Positions 39,870-53,659 of a stretch of 64,000 nt of DNA are shown piece after piece (within the stretch, counting starts at the first letter, position 1; each line of letters begins with the position of its first letter). Position numbers and translations under genes: made by a program. The notes below the pieces were generated by a model. It searched no databases. It had not been told where the DNA came from and saw only the letters and a program-made list of their open reading frames with translations. This DNA is from Tubulanus polymorphus. Lineage: Eukaryota; Animalia; Nemertea. Location: positions 11,183,950 to 11,247,949 of the forward strand of contig NC_134026.1 of assembly GCF_964204645.1 (NCBI RefSeq). Direction: 5' to 3'.

Positions 39870-40086
39870 TTTAAGGATCCAATATGGCCACCATGAACGC
39901 GGATAACACAAAAATCAATAAGTTTCTTGAGTTATCTACCATACACTTTATATGTGAAAATGAATACTCTACTACAAGATTTGCACCCTGTAGAATGGGA
40001 ACAATTATTCCGGGCAGACAGACAGACGGATGGATGCTGGCCATGACAATACCCTGCGTGCCCTATGATGGCCCATGGGTAAAAAC
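39870..40086 (-). mobile_element. Fragment of another HINE-like family
   Basis: CCAATATGGCCACCATG, (CAGA/CGGA)n microsatellite, terminal ACCC...GGGTAAAAA inverted pair. Confidence 0.45.
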
Positions 40087-42389
40087 TGCACCAGTACTTC
40101 CAAATTGTACAAGATAAGCACTTATCTCTTTGAAATATTATTCAATTCTGTATAGTAATATTTATGTAAACGTGTCCTATATGGAAAGGAAGCGAATTCA
40201 AAATCGATTGGAAATATCCTGCCTAGTTGAAAGTACATTTACAATATGAATATATACGTATGAATATCTCATGAATGATACCGTGGAGTACATGCATACG
40301 TGCAAACACTTGCAATAGATTCACTCGAAGGCAACGGGAAATGTGTATGAGAGCATCGCGTAATAATCGTTATAGGGTTGTGATTAAGTGGTTTTACACA
40401 ACATATATTGAAATGTGTTTGCTCGCATGAGTTTAGAGATCCCGGAATTAGCAATGAAAAGAAACTGGGGTATTTATGGGTTCCTATATGCACGGTTGGA
40501 TTACAACCGTATTTTGCAGTTGACATGAATTTTTGGGAATGTTGTAATTTCCAATACTCATTATAGATCGCGTTTTTTTTTTAAATATAATGCCTACGTA
40601 TGTATTATATGTTGCGATATGTGCGGAGCTAAATGAAGAGACATTTAAACTCTATGTCATGTATAGTATCCTCACTAAAATACTTTCCGTACAGGCCAAT
40701 CTTTATAGCCCATATCATACCTTTTTATAGTATCCATGTATTTCGGCACGATACGTAGATCCCCATCAATGAAGTGTACGCAGTTAGATCTTTGCACATA
40801 ATGTGCCGTTCTTACGTCTCAATAAATCATGTCAGTAACCACCATGTATTCATAAACGAAGCCCTTACTCACCGATCTGTTAGTTACTTCCGATGGTAAG
40901 TTTTCCATGAGCATCATGAAAGAAGGTCATATCATTCGGGAAATAACGGCGAACTTAAAGAATATTCTTCAAGAATTATCATTGCATCGCCATCTTGTCA
41001 AGACTGATAAAACGATATCTTATTGTCAAATGAAAATTTTGATAGTTTCTTTAATCCCCGCAGTGAGCAAAAGCATACTCATGATTATTTGAATTTCAAG
41101 AGAGGTGTACACCAGTTTCCGTTTAAATAATCATGCTTACTTACATGCGCATATACGTGGTATTCTCTCCGTAGGGAATGAGTTGCTTGACTATTAATTT
41201 TTCTTCGACTGGAAACCACACTTCTCTGTATTAACTGTCTAGTCTGTGGGAATATAATAGATCAAGGCTGAGTATTAAGGCAGTTCCGTTCATTCAGCAG
41301 AAAGCCGTTAACTATTTTGATCATCAGGCTATTTCTTTATAAAATAAACGCTTTATAAAAATCGCTTTCACATGAATCATTCTCATGCTAGGGTTGGACG
41401 ATTGAATGACTTGTGTTGAATCTGCTCGTGAACCGAGATTGAATTTGATACAGCAATATACCACTGCCGATATACGTAATTGGGTGATTAGAACTATTGT
41501 GTATAACGACGACAAGAGATAGACAGCACCCGTATTTATGACACATATCAGAAGCGGATGATTAGGCAATGTTTCCACATGATTGATTACGTGCACTGGA
41601 AGCCAGACAAGAACTGAGTCTGATCAAATTCGATTTGATTGCGGCCGCATGGCTGCCCTCATGAAATAGCATTCCATTATATTAGCTTTGCAAGGCAGAC
41701 GTCGATGCGTGCTTTGATGGTAGTGGAGATCGCATAGCGTTTTGTTTCATTCAAAACGTAAAGCCATATAAGCACATGGAAGTACATATGCCTAGAGATA
41801 TACTCTTTTCGAGTTGATTTTTTAAATGATTCCCAAATATCAAATCAGCAAAAGAGAAATTAATAATCAAATTTGTTTATTTCGGATTTCTTACAGAAAA
41901 TAAATCATTTAGCGAGGTATTTATGTGATATGCCTGCAATATCATTATGAAGATTAGCAGCATTTCCTCATCATGCTCTGAAAAAGAATAATTGAATTAT
42001 CTAAGTAAATTCTCTCTGTTTCACAAAAAGCATAAAGGCTACACGGATTTTGGCAGATATGTATGGAGAAGAGCAATTGATCCCTTCGTTTCACACAACA
42101 ACTTTTTTTACTATGTCTTTTGAGATTGAGCTAAGTCTGATTTATGCGTATCGGAAGTCATTTAACGTTTAACTGGTATGGTATATGAGAACCGATAATC
42201 TCTTACTTTCATGGCATATGCAGATTTAATGTGATGTTATTATTGAGATATGATCAGATTGTCAAAGGCCGTTCATTCGCACGGACGAACCCCTCCCCTC
42301 CTGCCTACGGCCTCGTATTACTCAGGGAGTTCAAATTTCTTGATACATGTATATGATAGCTAATTCACACAAAAGACCCCAAACCTATA

Positions 42390-43165
42390 CAGGGTGTCTC
42401 AGAAAATGTGTTAGCCAAGCTTTGAAATTACCAATTCATTGAATATAATCTTAATTATTTTTTTTTGAGGGAGGGAGGTAAAGTTGGTAGACCTGGATGC
42501 TCGAGGATGAAGCGTTGAAATGTTAAGATTAACCATGGCTGAGCGCAAGCGTGTTTTTGAATGGCCATGAAAATGGAGTCGAACCAAATACTTCGGACTG
42601 TTCAATTGTGTTTATTGTTAAAATGGCCAGCTGCGAGTTGGGAAATTGATTTTAAATCACAAAATCACCGGGTTTGACTTCCTCTGAAAATTGCCTGAAG
42701 AGAATTGTAAACACCAAGGTATTCATAACGGCACCAGCAGGAATGAAGGACTTCAGTAGTGTTCGGAAAGCATAGTTCTGAAAGCTACATCTAGAATTTG
42801 AGAAATACAGAATCTGTGTCAAAACTCTGTGAGGGAACTGAGACGTCCAGTTAAACTGTACATTGGTGAAAATGGTAATGGTATTAAACAATTCCCTAGT
42901 AGCTTTAGTACTAAAGGGGACAAACAATCTTATCAATGGGGTAATCTGTCTCAGTTGATATAATTCCAATTTCTCAAATGATGTCAAATGGCAGCTATAC
43001 AAAAAAAAACACTAGTGCTCAGCCATGCAAAAGGGTAAAAATAAAACCGTGCCTCCCTCGTCACTATTTCAAAAAGGGCTAATGAGAAACAAGGGCATTT
43101 TTATCGTAGCCTTAAATAAAAAATCGATCTTAAAGCTACGGTAACACATATTTTGAGACACCCTA
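42390..43165. mobile_element. Tc1/mariner-type MITE
   Basis: TA|CAGGGTGTCTCAGAAAATGTGTTA ... TAACACATATTTTGAGACACCCTA|TA. Confidence 0.75.
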
Positions 43166-43209
43166 TATATGAACGCATTTTCATGTTTTGGCCTTAGTCA
43201 ACCAATTTG

Positions 43210-43525
43210 TATGGTGGCTGATTAGGACCATACTAAAAAAAATTTCTGTACGGCTAGAGCAACGATAAAAAAATTTTCACAGTGGTCCTTTTTGGTTTTC
43301 TCGCGCGAGAATTAAAAAAGTTTGAATTCTCGCGCAGGAAAACAAAAAAGGGGCCATTGTAAAAAAAATTTATCCAGCTTCTAGCCAGTCAGAAAAAAAT
43401 TTTCAAACCAAATGTTTAGTTTTCTCGCGCGAGAAAACCAAAAAACGAGCCAATGTGACAAATTTTTTATCGGTGCTTTTATCCGTACAGAAATTCTTTT
43501 AGTATGGCCCGAATCAGCCACCATA
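43210..43525. mobile_element. Palindromic MITE with TATGG termini and 6-bp TSD (IS3EU-like)
   Basis: TATGGTGGCTGATT... / ...AATCAGCCACCATA; AATTTG duplicated at 43204-43209 and 43526-43531; nearly the whole element is an imperfect inverted repeat. Confidence 0.85.
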
Positions 43526-44099
43526 AATTTGTTGTTGAAATATATTAATTATTTTTTCTTTGCATAGACCTGTTGAACTCAAAGTGCAAAGTACGTTATC
43601 TGTGCATATTTTATGTTTTTACACGTCCTATTCATACGTAATATCAATCTTGATGAAATTACTTCAGAGCGAATCCAGGATCTTTGACTGCCTCACACAA
43701 AGGAAAAGGCCACTTTTTCAAAAAGAGGCACTTTTTGGGAATCAACCCCATCCACACAAAAGTCAATTTCAACCGAACTACAGTGTGATGAAATGGAGAC
43801 TAGCTGATATGTTAGAATAGATCACAAAGAATATTACCATTTTTCATGCCTGTCTGTTTTATCAAACATATACAACATGATTATTTAACCACATGCTACA
43901 TCCAAATCACTTAACAAAGAGCTTTTTATCATTTCATGGTATTTATGAAGAAAATCTACGTAGTAACACATTTTTAATCTGATGTACCTTCTTTATTACG
44001 ACTAGCCATTTTTACTGGATAGGACCAAACATTGCCAAAAAGCCACATTCCTACGTGAAAAATATAGCTAAAATACCCCATTTTGCAGAATAATTTGTT

Positions 44100-44530
44100 T
44101 TTGCCTTCGGCCAACTTGGGACTTTAAACCCATCACTTTTCGCCAGTCGTCCGTCCGCAGACAGATTCCAGTTATTTTGAGGTTTTGAAGACGCTTATGG
44201 ATTGTCTTGATATATCAACAATGGCTGAGTGGCGATTGCCAAAATCAGCACTTTTTCCATATTTTACATAAGTTTTCAATGGAAACTTTGAAAACAATCG
44301 TGATCAAATATTATATTTGTTTCCCTCAGCGTCAGAAAAGTTGGTTGCAAAGTTAGCTCATGATATTTTCTATGATTTTTGTGAGGTCATTGTATTTTGT
44401 TTATGGTCGCCGGGGGCATTGCATAGTAGATAATTGAAATTCGTATTTCTATATCATATTGATACATAGGCATATTTCACCACAATCGATTGCAGGACGG
44501 TAGCTCATGATTTTGTATGGTCGTTGGTTA
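44100..44530 (+). mobile_element. Highly decayed copy of the 154-bp-satellite HINE family, opposite orientation
   Basis: GCCAACTTGGGACTTTA...CACTTTTCG..GTCGTCCGTCCG..ATTCCAGTTATTTT..TTTTGAAGACGC matches the reverse complement of 3590-3705. Confidence 0.65.
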
Positions 44531-45818
44531 ACACTGGATATAGCTGTCGGTTCGTTGGTTACTGTTCATGAAAATGCCGTTTGACAACTACACGTATCAC
44601 TTATTTCATCAAATTTACGGGGATTACACACCCCCGTAGTTTGATTTTCTTTGAAAACTCTCTCACATCCTAAACCTGACACCCTTTTTCTTTTTTTGAG
44701 CACGACTGAATACGTACGTTTTCGCAAAACCATTCATGACCCTAAGGAAATCATTGTTCAAGGCAAACCATCAGGAGACTGATGAAGCATTTAAAACGTT
44801 TTCGAAGTCATTTCGAATTTGTTCTGCCTTTCAGAGAAGGGCATTTTAGAATTTTTGAGTGCCTCGTGAGGCATGTGAGGTATCCCTGCTTCAATGTTTG
44901 AGAAAATGGTTCTCAATTAGACTGAATTCTGCCCATGACGTGGTTGGATATCGTCTCAAGTGATGAAAGTAGACAATGCGACAAATGTAGGCGAGATCCG
45001 AAATACTTTATGTCAACTCTGTCGTGTATATGAAGAGCATGTAACGGTCTACAAACTGAAAATCAATTAAACGGAGGCGACGGGTTAAAAAAATGTCTTG
45101 TAAAAGTGTCAGTAATTTAGCGGTAAGACGTTTGTGGTAATTTCTCAAATATGTTTTACGCTTCGATGTATCGGAAACACAAAAACAAGGGATTCTAATG
45201 AGAATTCTAACCTCCTCTAAGCTGAATGCCGGCGTCTGGCTCATCACATGAAGAGACATTTTAAAAGAGGACATGCAATCTATTGCGTTTTGTGTATAAA
45301 GGGTTTTTTGTTTCTCCAAATAAAATCCAATTGATATTCACGTGATTTATTCTTTTTTCCCTTTTCCACACTATTTTCGACTTTGTACCTAACCGCTGTT
45401 TCCGATACAATTTGTATAATATCCTTTAGCTCACTTCGATATACAAATACTCCGTCGGTATTTTGATGAATCGACGTTAATAAAAGCACTGGCGGGCCGT
45501 AAAAATCAAAAATTGAGTCCCATTCAATGAGGCGACGTTTTCTGAGTCGTCATCTCGAAATCCACCGCAGGCTGATCGTCACTTCGGTTTTTCTGTACAG
45601 TCTTGTTCGTATTCTAATCTTGGTCTAGTCTGGATACTGTGTCGACCACGATGTATCATGCTGACGCAGCCCCACCATGCTATTTAAAATGAAGGGAATT
45701 TAAACCGGTCAATACGGTTTTATAAATGGAGGTTGGTCTACACACTCTCAATTAGGTGTACTTTGAAACCATGGATAACTAGATCATGTGGCTTTTTGAC
45801 TGGAAAATCGACTGTTAA

Positions 45819-46613
45819 GGCTGGCTTATGTCGACAAGCAACGCGACGCCTACCGAGTCCTACCGACGCAACTGAGAGCTACCGTGATCGCAGCCCAGCT
45901 TATGTCGACTGCGCTCCGATTCGCAGTAACTGAGGCCGACTAGCGGGATACGAGATCCTCCCAGTTGCTTCCCTGCTTATATGTCGGTTGCGATTACTAG
46001 CAACTGCAACGGCTCAAATCGTCACGTGATAAGCATTTTGAGATACATTTGAATATTTTGAATTATTGGGAAATATATTGCTATTAGAAAAGCTATATAT
46101 TTAAGACTTTGATCTTTCTGATTCTGTTTTGAATACAACGTGCTAGCGACAGTATATAAAGATGGCCGCTCACACCATAATTCTACCAATTTCTTTTCTA
46201 GATCTTCGGTCCAGTCCTCTGCCGTGCTGAAGGTTTGGTTTACGTTTTGAACTACTTGAATTTGAAAGTTTATGACTGATTACGAATGACGCTGACTAGC
46301 GGTGATAATTTGTACTATGTATATGCAGTGTCCTATTGGCTGGAACCCCTGCGCTCAGTTCCGTCGCGTCGCAGATGAGCTTATGTCGGCTGCGATCGAA
46401 AGCAACTGTCCGCCTACCGTAGGCCGGAGTAGAGCATGGGCAACAAGCCGGATACGGCTTGCGACAAGTCGGTAGGCGTCGGGTTGCCGTCGCAAGCAGG
46501 CTTATGTCGAACCGATAGAGCAGCAACTGGCGGCCTCTCGTAAGGCCGCTAGTTGCCACTAATCGGCGATAAACCTAGTTGCGTCGGTAGGCGTCGCGTT
46601 GCTTGTCGACATA
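45819..46613. mobile_element. PIF/Harbinger-like non-autonomous element, right tip truncated
   Basis: TATGTCGACAAGCAACGCGACGCCTACCGA inverted at both ends; preceded by TAA; internal GCTTATGTCG subrepeats. Confidence 0.65.
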
Positions 46614-46614
46614 T

Positions 46615-47306
46615 AGACTTTTTAGCTCCACGACAAGTTTTTTTCTTAGGAACGAATAACTATATGTTGCGACAAGAAAACTTTGTTCGAAATGAAAACA
46701 ATTCTCTTCAATAAAACAATTTACTTTACGTTAGAGAACGAAAAACTTTACTTTCTGACAAAAAAATTTGTTCGCATAAAAAGCTATGTTATTGTTGGAA
46801 CGAAAAACCTTGTTCCGACAAACAAAAATTGTTGAGCGAAAACATTTTTTGTTTGAAAGATTTCTTCAAAAAGATTTGTTGGAATGAAATCAATCTGAAA
46901 AAGGCATAATATGAATATTGGGATCAAAGAAAACCCAGGTTCATATTATCACTTTTTGTTTGAGTGAGATCGCCATGATTATCATTCTCGAATGAAGGTT
47001 ACTTATTATAACGAAACGCTATTCAGTTCCACGAAAATTTTTCATTGGAATGAAAACGCTTCGATCGAACAATATACTTGTTTGAACGAAAAACTTAATG
47101 TTCTGACAAGAAAATTTTGTTCCAATGAAAACAATTCTGTTTCGACGTAACAATATGTTCGAACGAAGATGACTTTATATGACGAAAAGACTATTTAGTT
47201 CAACGAAAATAATTTTCTTTGGAATGGAAAACACTTCGATCAAATATACTTGTTACATCAAGAAAATTTTGTTTGAATGAAAACAGTTATGTTCGATCGA
47301 ACAATA
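46615..47306. repeat. Degenerate subrepeat region (GTTCGAACGAAAA / ACTATTTAGTTCC motifs), continuing at 52355-52790 and inverted at 53089-53550
   Basis: Recurrent ACTATT(T/C)AGTTC..GAAAA..TTGGAATGAAAAC blocks near 47018, 47190, 52640 and reverse-complemented near 53410-53455. Confidence 0.7.
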
Positions 47307-47550
47307 TGTTGTTACAGATCCTTGTAAGCAACACAAAACGGCGTGGAAGAAGAAATATTGAGACTACGTGTTTACTATATGACGTTCTATTGATAAGTAA
47401 GGATTCACACATACAAAGATAAAGCAGGAACACGTGGTACAAAACACATGGTACAATAAAGATCAAAAGTTCATGTAACCGCAACCACAAACTAAAACTA
47501 CTTATGCATATTACTCATATCATAGGTTTTGGATAATACTATAAACAACA
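47307..47550 (-). repeat. Copia 3' LTR (244 bp)
   Basis: Near-identical to 51486-51728 (about four differences seen); preceded on the minus strand by PPT TAAGTGGGAG. Confidence 0.95.
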
Positions 47551-47611
47551 CTCCCACTTAATATTCACTTTCAGTTATTACTATAAACACAAGTATTGCT
47601 TAATTTCACTT

Positions 47612-48565
47612 TCATTCAAGTCCCATCTGACTTCTCAGTTTCTCAAATGCGACACGAGGTAGTGGCTTTGTTAAAATATCAGCCACCATATCTAAAGTAT
47701 GACAGTACTCAATTGTTATAACCCCATCAGATACAGCCTCACGAATAAAGTGATGACGCAAGTCAATGTGTTTAGTTCTACAGTGACCTACAGGATTTTT
47801 AGCTAAGGCAATGGTGCCTCTATTATCTTCCGAGATAACGGTAGGTGACTCTGGCATTGCACCTAGATCATTCATTAAACGCCGTAGCCAAATAACTTCC
47901 TGTGTAGCACTGCTGAGCGCCATATATTCAGCTTCTGTGGTCGAGAGCGCAACAGTAGGTTGCCGTTTGCTTATCCAGCTAACCGCACTACTGGCAAGCA
48001 TGAATACATTACCGGTAGTTGACCTTCGATCGTCGAGGTCACCATCCCAGTTCGCATCAGAATATCCTCGCAGACAGTCATCATCATACTTCTTGTAAAC
48101 AATTGATAAATCTGTGGTTCCTTTTAAATATCGCAGCACACGTTTAGCCGCTGTCAGATGCGTTTCTGACGGATCACCACAATATTTACTAATAGTGCTC
48201 ACAGATTGAGCTATATCCGGACGTGTAGCTATGGCGGCGTAAAGCAAACTTCCAACTATCGATTGATACATAATTTTATCCACAGGTTTACTCACACCAT
48301 CATTTTTAACTAACTTGACATTTATGTCAGCAGGTGTTGAAACAGGATATGCATCACACATTCTGAACTTTTCAAGCATACGTTGGATATATTGCTTTTG
48401 ATTAAGCTTAATAACTCCGTTTTCCTGAACAACACTTATTACAAGGATGAAATGCAATTCACCCATATCTTTCATTTGAAAGCGATTTGAAAGATTACCT
48501 TTCAAACTATCTAACTCACGCATAACACGCGAGACGATTATAAGATCATCAACATAGACGGCCAC
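47612..48565 (-). pseudogene. pol: Copia pol C-terminal part (RT end, RNase H), frameshifted from upstream ORF
   Basis: YVDD, GYSDANW, STTEAEY, EDN, KHIDLRHHFIRE, ADILTK motifs. Confidence 0.95.
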
Positions 48566-50697
48566 TTAAGTAATCCAACATAGGTAAACTTTATAAACAC
48601 ACAGGGATCAGCAGCACTCTGCTGAAAACCCAACGATACTATATAACGTTTAAATTCGGTATTCCAACGCCTGGGCGATTGCTTTAATCCATACAACGAT
48701 TTTTTAAGTTTACAAACACGATTATCTCCAGGTTGCGCATATCCATCAGGATGTTGCATATATATCTCGTCATCTAAGGTACCATTTAGAAACGCTGTCA
48801 CGACATCCATCTGGTGGACAAATAATCCCTCCTGAGCTGCAAAAGCTAGCAAAGTTCTTATAGAAGAGAACTTAGCGACAGGGGAGAAAGTTTCTTCGTA
48901 ATCTATCCCATATTGTTGAGCAAATCCTTTCGCGACCAGACGAGCTTTATACCGATCTACAGCTCCGTCTTCACCAATTTTCGCTTTAAACACCCATTTA
49001 CAGCCAATTGCTTTTCGACCTTGTTGATCCCACGTGTCATTATCAATTAGCGATTTAAATTCTGAATCTGCGACCATTTTCCACTCAGTGGCCATCATAA
49101 ACCGCGAAACGGGTTTCCGGTTTCTATCGCTTCTTCTTGGTTCAACCACCGTTGGTTGATCACATGATTCAGTTTCATTCTCGATGACTGTGGTTTCATC
49201 TAACACCTGTTCAGCAGACTGTCCAAAGTCATATTCATTGAAGGCTACGTCACGCCGTTTGTATATTTTCCCATTATTGTCGATCAGGCGGTATCCCTTT
49301 GATTCCCGATCGTAACCAACAAAACGAAGTTTCACAGCCTTATCATTGAGTTTTTTACGATGCTTATCTGGTAACATAGCATAAGCAATACACCCGAACA
49401 CTTTCACGTGACTCAGGTCTGGTTTGCGGTCGTACCAGAGTTCATATGGAGTTCTATCCCCATTTAAAGACCTGGTTGGTAGTCGATTTTTCAAATACGC
49501 GGCGGTGGCGATCGCTTCAGCCCAATACGATTTAGATAATCCAGCATGAGCAACCATTGAACGCGCTTTTTCACAGAGAGTACGATTCAATCTCTCAGCT
49601 ACGCCATTTTGCTCGGGATTGTGCGGGAGAGAAGGCTCATGGCGTATGCCCTTCTCTTTTAAGTACGCAAGAAACTCGTTAGACATATACTCCCCGGCAT
49701 TATCGGATCGTAGGGTGCCTACACGTTCACCACTATCATTACACGCGACCGACTCGAACTCTTTAAACTTTCCGAAAACCTCAGATTTTTCAGGAATGAA
49801 GTACACAGCCGAGCATCGACTGTAATCATCGGTAAATGACACAAAATACCGTTTTCCTCCGAGGGATTCCGTGCTCATCGGACCACACACATCACTATGC
49901 ACAATTTGCATCTTTCTTTTCGACTTTATTCCACTCGAGGATTTAAATGGTTTTCGCGCCATTTTTCCTTTTACACAACCTTCACAGAATGACGTCAGGG
50001 GCCCGGGTTTAGCAACGTGTACCCCTTTAACAAGATCGTATTTTACCACACGCATGAGTAATTGAGGATTGACATGAGCGAGTCTTTGGTGCCATAGTTC
50101 CATCTCTTTGTTTACACCATTGACCGCAACAGCTGCACTTTCATCACCAGCGGTAATGTACTGTAGTCCAAACAACTTATCAGATAATAAACCAACGCCT
50201 TTCACACATCCGGTGTTATCCTGAATTATACATTTTGTATTTTTGAACTCAACAGTTAACCCCTTCTTTATCACGGCGCGCACTGAGAAAAGATTACAGG
50301 CCAGGTCTGGTACATAGAGAACATATCCCATGACCTCACTCCCACATGCTCCATCTTCCAGAAGAGTAGTCAGTCGTACCTTTCCGTGACCTTGGGCACA
50401 TATCGGTCGTCCATCACCAAGACCTACTCGCTGTGGCTCATCAAATGCTACATAATCCAATAGAATGTTTCTATTCCACGTCATGTGGCTCGAAGCACCG
50501 GAATCAATCAGCCATTTGCTGTGTTTCTCATTCGCATTTTTGCCCACTCGAAACGCATGATCCTCTTCATGAGGCATAGCCGCTGCCTTTGCCACGTGAC
50601 CAGTTTTCTTCGAAGCTCCACGATACGGAGATACATGACAATATCGGTGGAAGTGTCCTCGCTCACCACACCCAAAACACTTGGCTGGCGGTTTCAA
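48538..50697 (-). pseudogene. pol: Copia gag zinc knuckle, protease, integrase and RT start
   Basis: CFGCGERGHFHRYC knuckle, WLIDSGASSH protease, WHQRLAH..CEGC, HSDVCGP / RSDN / QNGVAER integrase, YKARLVAKG, LYGLKQS. Confidence 0.95.
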
Positions 50698-51350
50698 TTT
50701 TCCTGGATGCCTACGACCATTCTTGTTTTCGGCTCCCAGTAACGCTGCAGCCTATTGTTGGCTGTCGGCGTCGCATTGGTCTCCTTAAGCTTCATCTCCT
50801 CATGGATGAGAGCTTGCTGAACAGACGACAATTTCAGCTGGTCATTGCGCGCTTCAAGAGCAGTCACCAGAGTTGCATAACTTCTGGGTAGGCTGCCAAG
50901 AAGGGTAACGACCTGATCTTCTTCATCAACCGGACTATTTATAGCTGCTAGCCTATCAGTTAAAAGTTTAATTTCTTTTAAGTGATCCTCAACCGACGTT
51001 CCCTCCTTCATTTCCATTCTAAAATACTTCTTTTTTAGATAGATCCTATTGTTTAAGGAATCTTTCTGGAAATGTTCTTCAAGTAACTTCCATGCTACTT
51101 TAGGCGACTCCGTGGACGTTATCAGGTATATTTGCGACGGCGCGATCAACATAACAATCATTCCAAACGCTTTCGCCATTTTCGCTTCAAACTCATTTTT
51201 CTTGCGATCATTAGCGTCCTCCGGAAGTGTCTCAGACCCATCAATGTATTTCCAAAGCGCTCGTGAGCGTAGCATATGCCGAACTTGAAAGCTCCATGTC
51301 GACCAGTTTCCACCATTCAATTTTTCAACGGTCCACCTCTCTTCAGCCAT
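50694..51350 (-). pseudogene. gag: Copia gag (UBN2/Retrotran_gag_2-like), frameshifted
   Basis: KLNGGNWSTW, AWKLLEEHF, LLGSLPRSY, LIHEE motifs. Confidence 0.92.
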
Positions 51351-51470
51351 TATAGACGTTCACAATTCACAAGCTTTAAAACACCAAACAGTTCACCAGA
51401 ACAGACTGGACAAACAACGTCAATTCATTAACTTAATTAGTCCTCAATTAACAACATTCAACCATCGTCG

Positions 51471-51485
51471 CCTGGGCCCATAACC
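51471..51485 (-). promoter_or_regulatory. Primer binding site of the half-tRNA-iMet type
   Basis: GGTTATGGGCCCAGG immediately follows the 5' LTR on the minus strand, as in Drosophila copia. Confidence 0.85.
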
Positions 51486-51728
51486 TGTTGTTACAGAGCT
51501 TGTAAGCAACACAAAACGGTGTGGAAGAAGAAATATTGAGACTACGTGTTTACTATATGACGTTCTATTGTTAAGTAAGGATTCACACATACAAAGATAA
51601 AGCAGGAACACGTGGTACAAAACACATGGTACAATAAAGATCAAAAGTTCATGTAACCGCAACCACAAACTAAAACTACTTATGCATATTACTCATATCA
51701 TAGGTTTTGGATAATACTATAAACAACA
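51486..51728 (-). repeat. Copia 5' LTR (243 bp)
   Basis: TGTTG...CAACA termini; direct repeat of 47307-47550. Confidence 0.95.
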
Positions 51729-51740
51729 CAATATACTTTC

Positions 51741-52348
51741 TACGGGAGCAATAAAGGTGCTCCAGTTGTCCAACCTATCGAGTTGCCACATTTATGTCAA
51801 CATATTGCAATATTATAATTTCGGAATAGTATCCAGATAAAAGTTAGATAATAATAAAAACGCAAATATCACAATCCTCATGATGATAATAATGAGTTTA
51901 TTTACATGTTCAAACGTTTCGATCGATTTCGACTCATCTCTTCGAGTCCTTTTCAAGAAATGACATGAAAAGATACAAACTATGCATAGTATACGGTTAC
52001 TAATTACGGAGAATATCATGCAATATATCACGTCAAGATAAATGAATATGTCGAAATATCATGACGTTTCGCGACAAATTTCGCTTTTTGTCCATTTTCC
52101 ACGGGATGAGCCTTCATTTGAAGACACGTTGAACTGTAAGACGAGAACGCCAGTAATATGAGGACTTAGTCTCAAGTCGTCATAATATGTCGACTTGTCT
52201 CGAGGAAAGTGGTCGAGATAGAGAAATATGTTGTCAAACCGTCTCCATATGTCGACATATTCATGTCGACTTAGCACGATATATCGACATAAATATAGCG
52301 TTTATCGAGTTGGAATGCAACAACTGGAGCCCCTTTATCGCTTCCGTA
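51741..52348. mobile_element. MITE with TACGG termini and 6-bp TSD (IS3EU-like)
   Basis: TACGGGAGCAATAAAGGTGCTCCAGTTG / CAACTGGAGCCCCTTTATCGCTTCCGTA; ACTTTC duplicated at 51735-51740 and 52349-52354. Confidence 0.85.
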
Positions 52349-53659
52349 ACTTTCTGTTCGAACGATAAAATTTTCGTTTCGGCAAAAAATTAGTTTGAAT
52401 AAAAAGCTATGTTATTGTTCGAACGAAATACTTTTTGTCACGACAAAAAAATTTGAACAGCGAAAACAATTTTTTTCGAACGAAAAAACTTTTGGTTCTG
52501 ACAAAAAAATTTGTTTGAATAAAAGGCTACGTTATTGTACGAACAAAAATTTGTTGAACGAAACGAAAACTATTTTGTTTGAACGAATGTTCGAATATAA
52601 ACAATTCTGTTTCGATCAAACGAAGATTAATAACGAAAAGACTATTTAGTTCCAGGAAAATTTTTTTCTTTGGAATGAAAAACACTTTGATCGAATATAC
52701 TTGTTCGAACGAAAAACTACTTGTTACGACAAGAAAATTTTGTACGAATGAAAGAATTCTGTTCTATCGAACAATATACTTCATGTTCAATCGATCTGAT
52801 TCCTGATTTATCAATCTGATAAATCTGATTCCTCCTTTAGAGGGAACATAGCTTAACCTGGGAGAGGCTACTAACCTGTGTAGGCCTACGTGTCCTTGCA
52901 TCCGGACAGAAGGGCCTAAGCGCCTTCTGTCAGGCCTACGTTCATATGTAGACGTAGGCCTACATATGAAGATTTTCTTTCTAAAGCTGTTCGCATTCGA
53001 CTGAGCAGGCAGCTTTATAAACCAGAGTTTTGATTTGAGTTTTTTCATCATTAATGAACCTGGTATTTTATTAATTCTTGATGAATTTTACGGAGCCCAA
53101 GATGAAAAAGATCCTTTCTTCATTTGAACATCTTTTCATTCGAAGAAATGTTTCTGTCAGATCAAAATGTTTTTTGTTTGAACCATATTATTTTTCTCGG
53201 TCGAACAGTTAATTCATTTCGTTCGAACAAATCATTGGAACGAAATTGTTTTCGCTCAAAAAAACGTTTTGTCTGAACAAAAAGTTTTTCTTTTGTACAA
53301 ATAGTATATTGCTCGATCGAACAGAATTGTTTTCATTCGAACGATATTTTCTTTTCGGAACATAAGATTTTCGTTCGAACAAGTACATTTGCATATTGTT
53401 AGGTCGAAGCGTTTTCATTCCCAAGAAAAATCTTTTCTTGGAACTAAATAGTCCTTTCGTAGTAAGGAGTTATCGTCATTCGAACAAAATAATCTGTTTC
53501 ACTCAACGTATAATAATATGAACCTGAGTTTTCTTCGTATATCTTTATTATACCTATTTCAGGTAGAAGCTCATCTTCCATGCTTCTGACCATGTACGGA
53601 ACGCAGCTTGTTTAGGTCTTTTAGAAATTCACTAGTCCTGTACATTTCGGATTATTCTG

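Larger units (their letters stand above)
47307..51728 (-). mobile_element. Full-length Ty1/Copia LTR retrotransposon (defective)
   Basis: Two TG...CA LTRs, CAATA 5-bp TSD (47302-47306, 51729-51733), PBS, PPT, and gag-PR-IN-RT-RH domain order. Confidence 0.97.
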
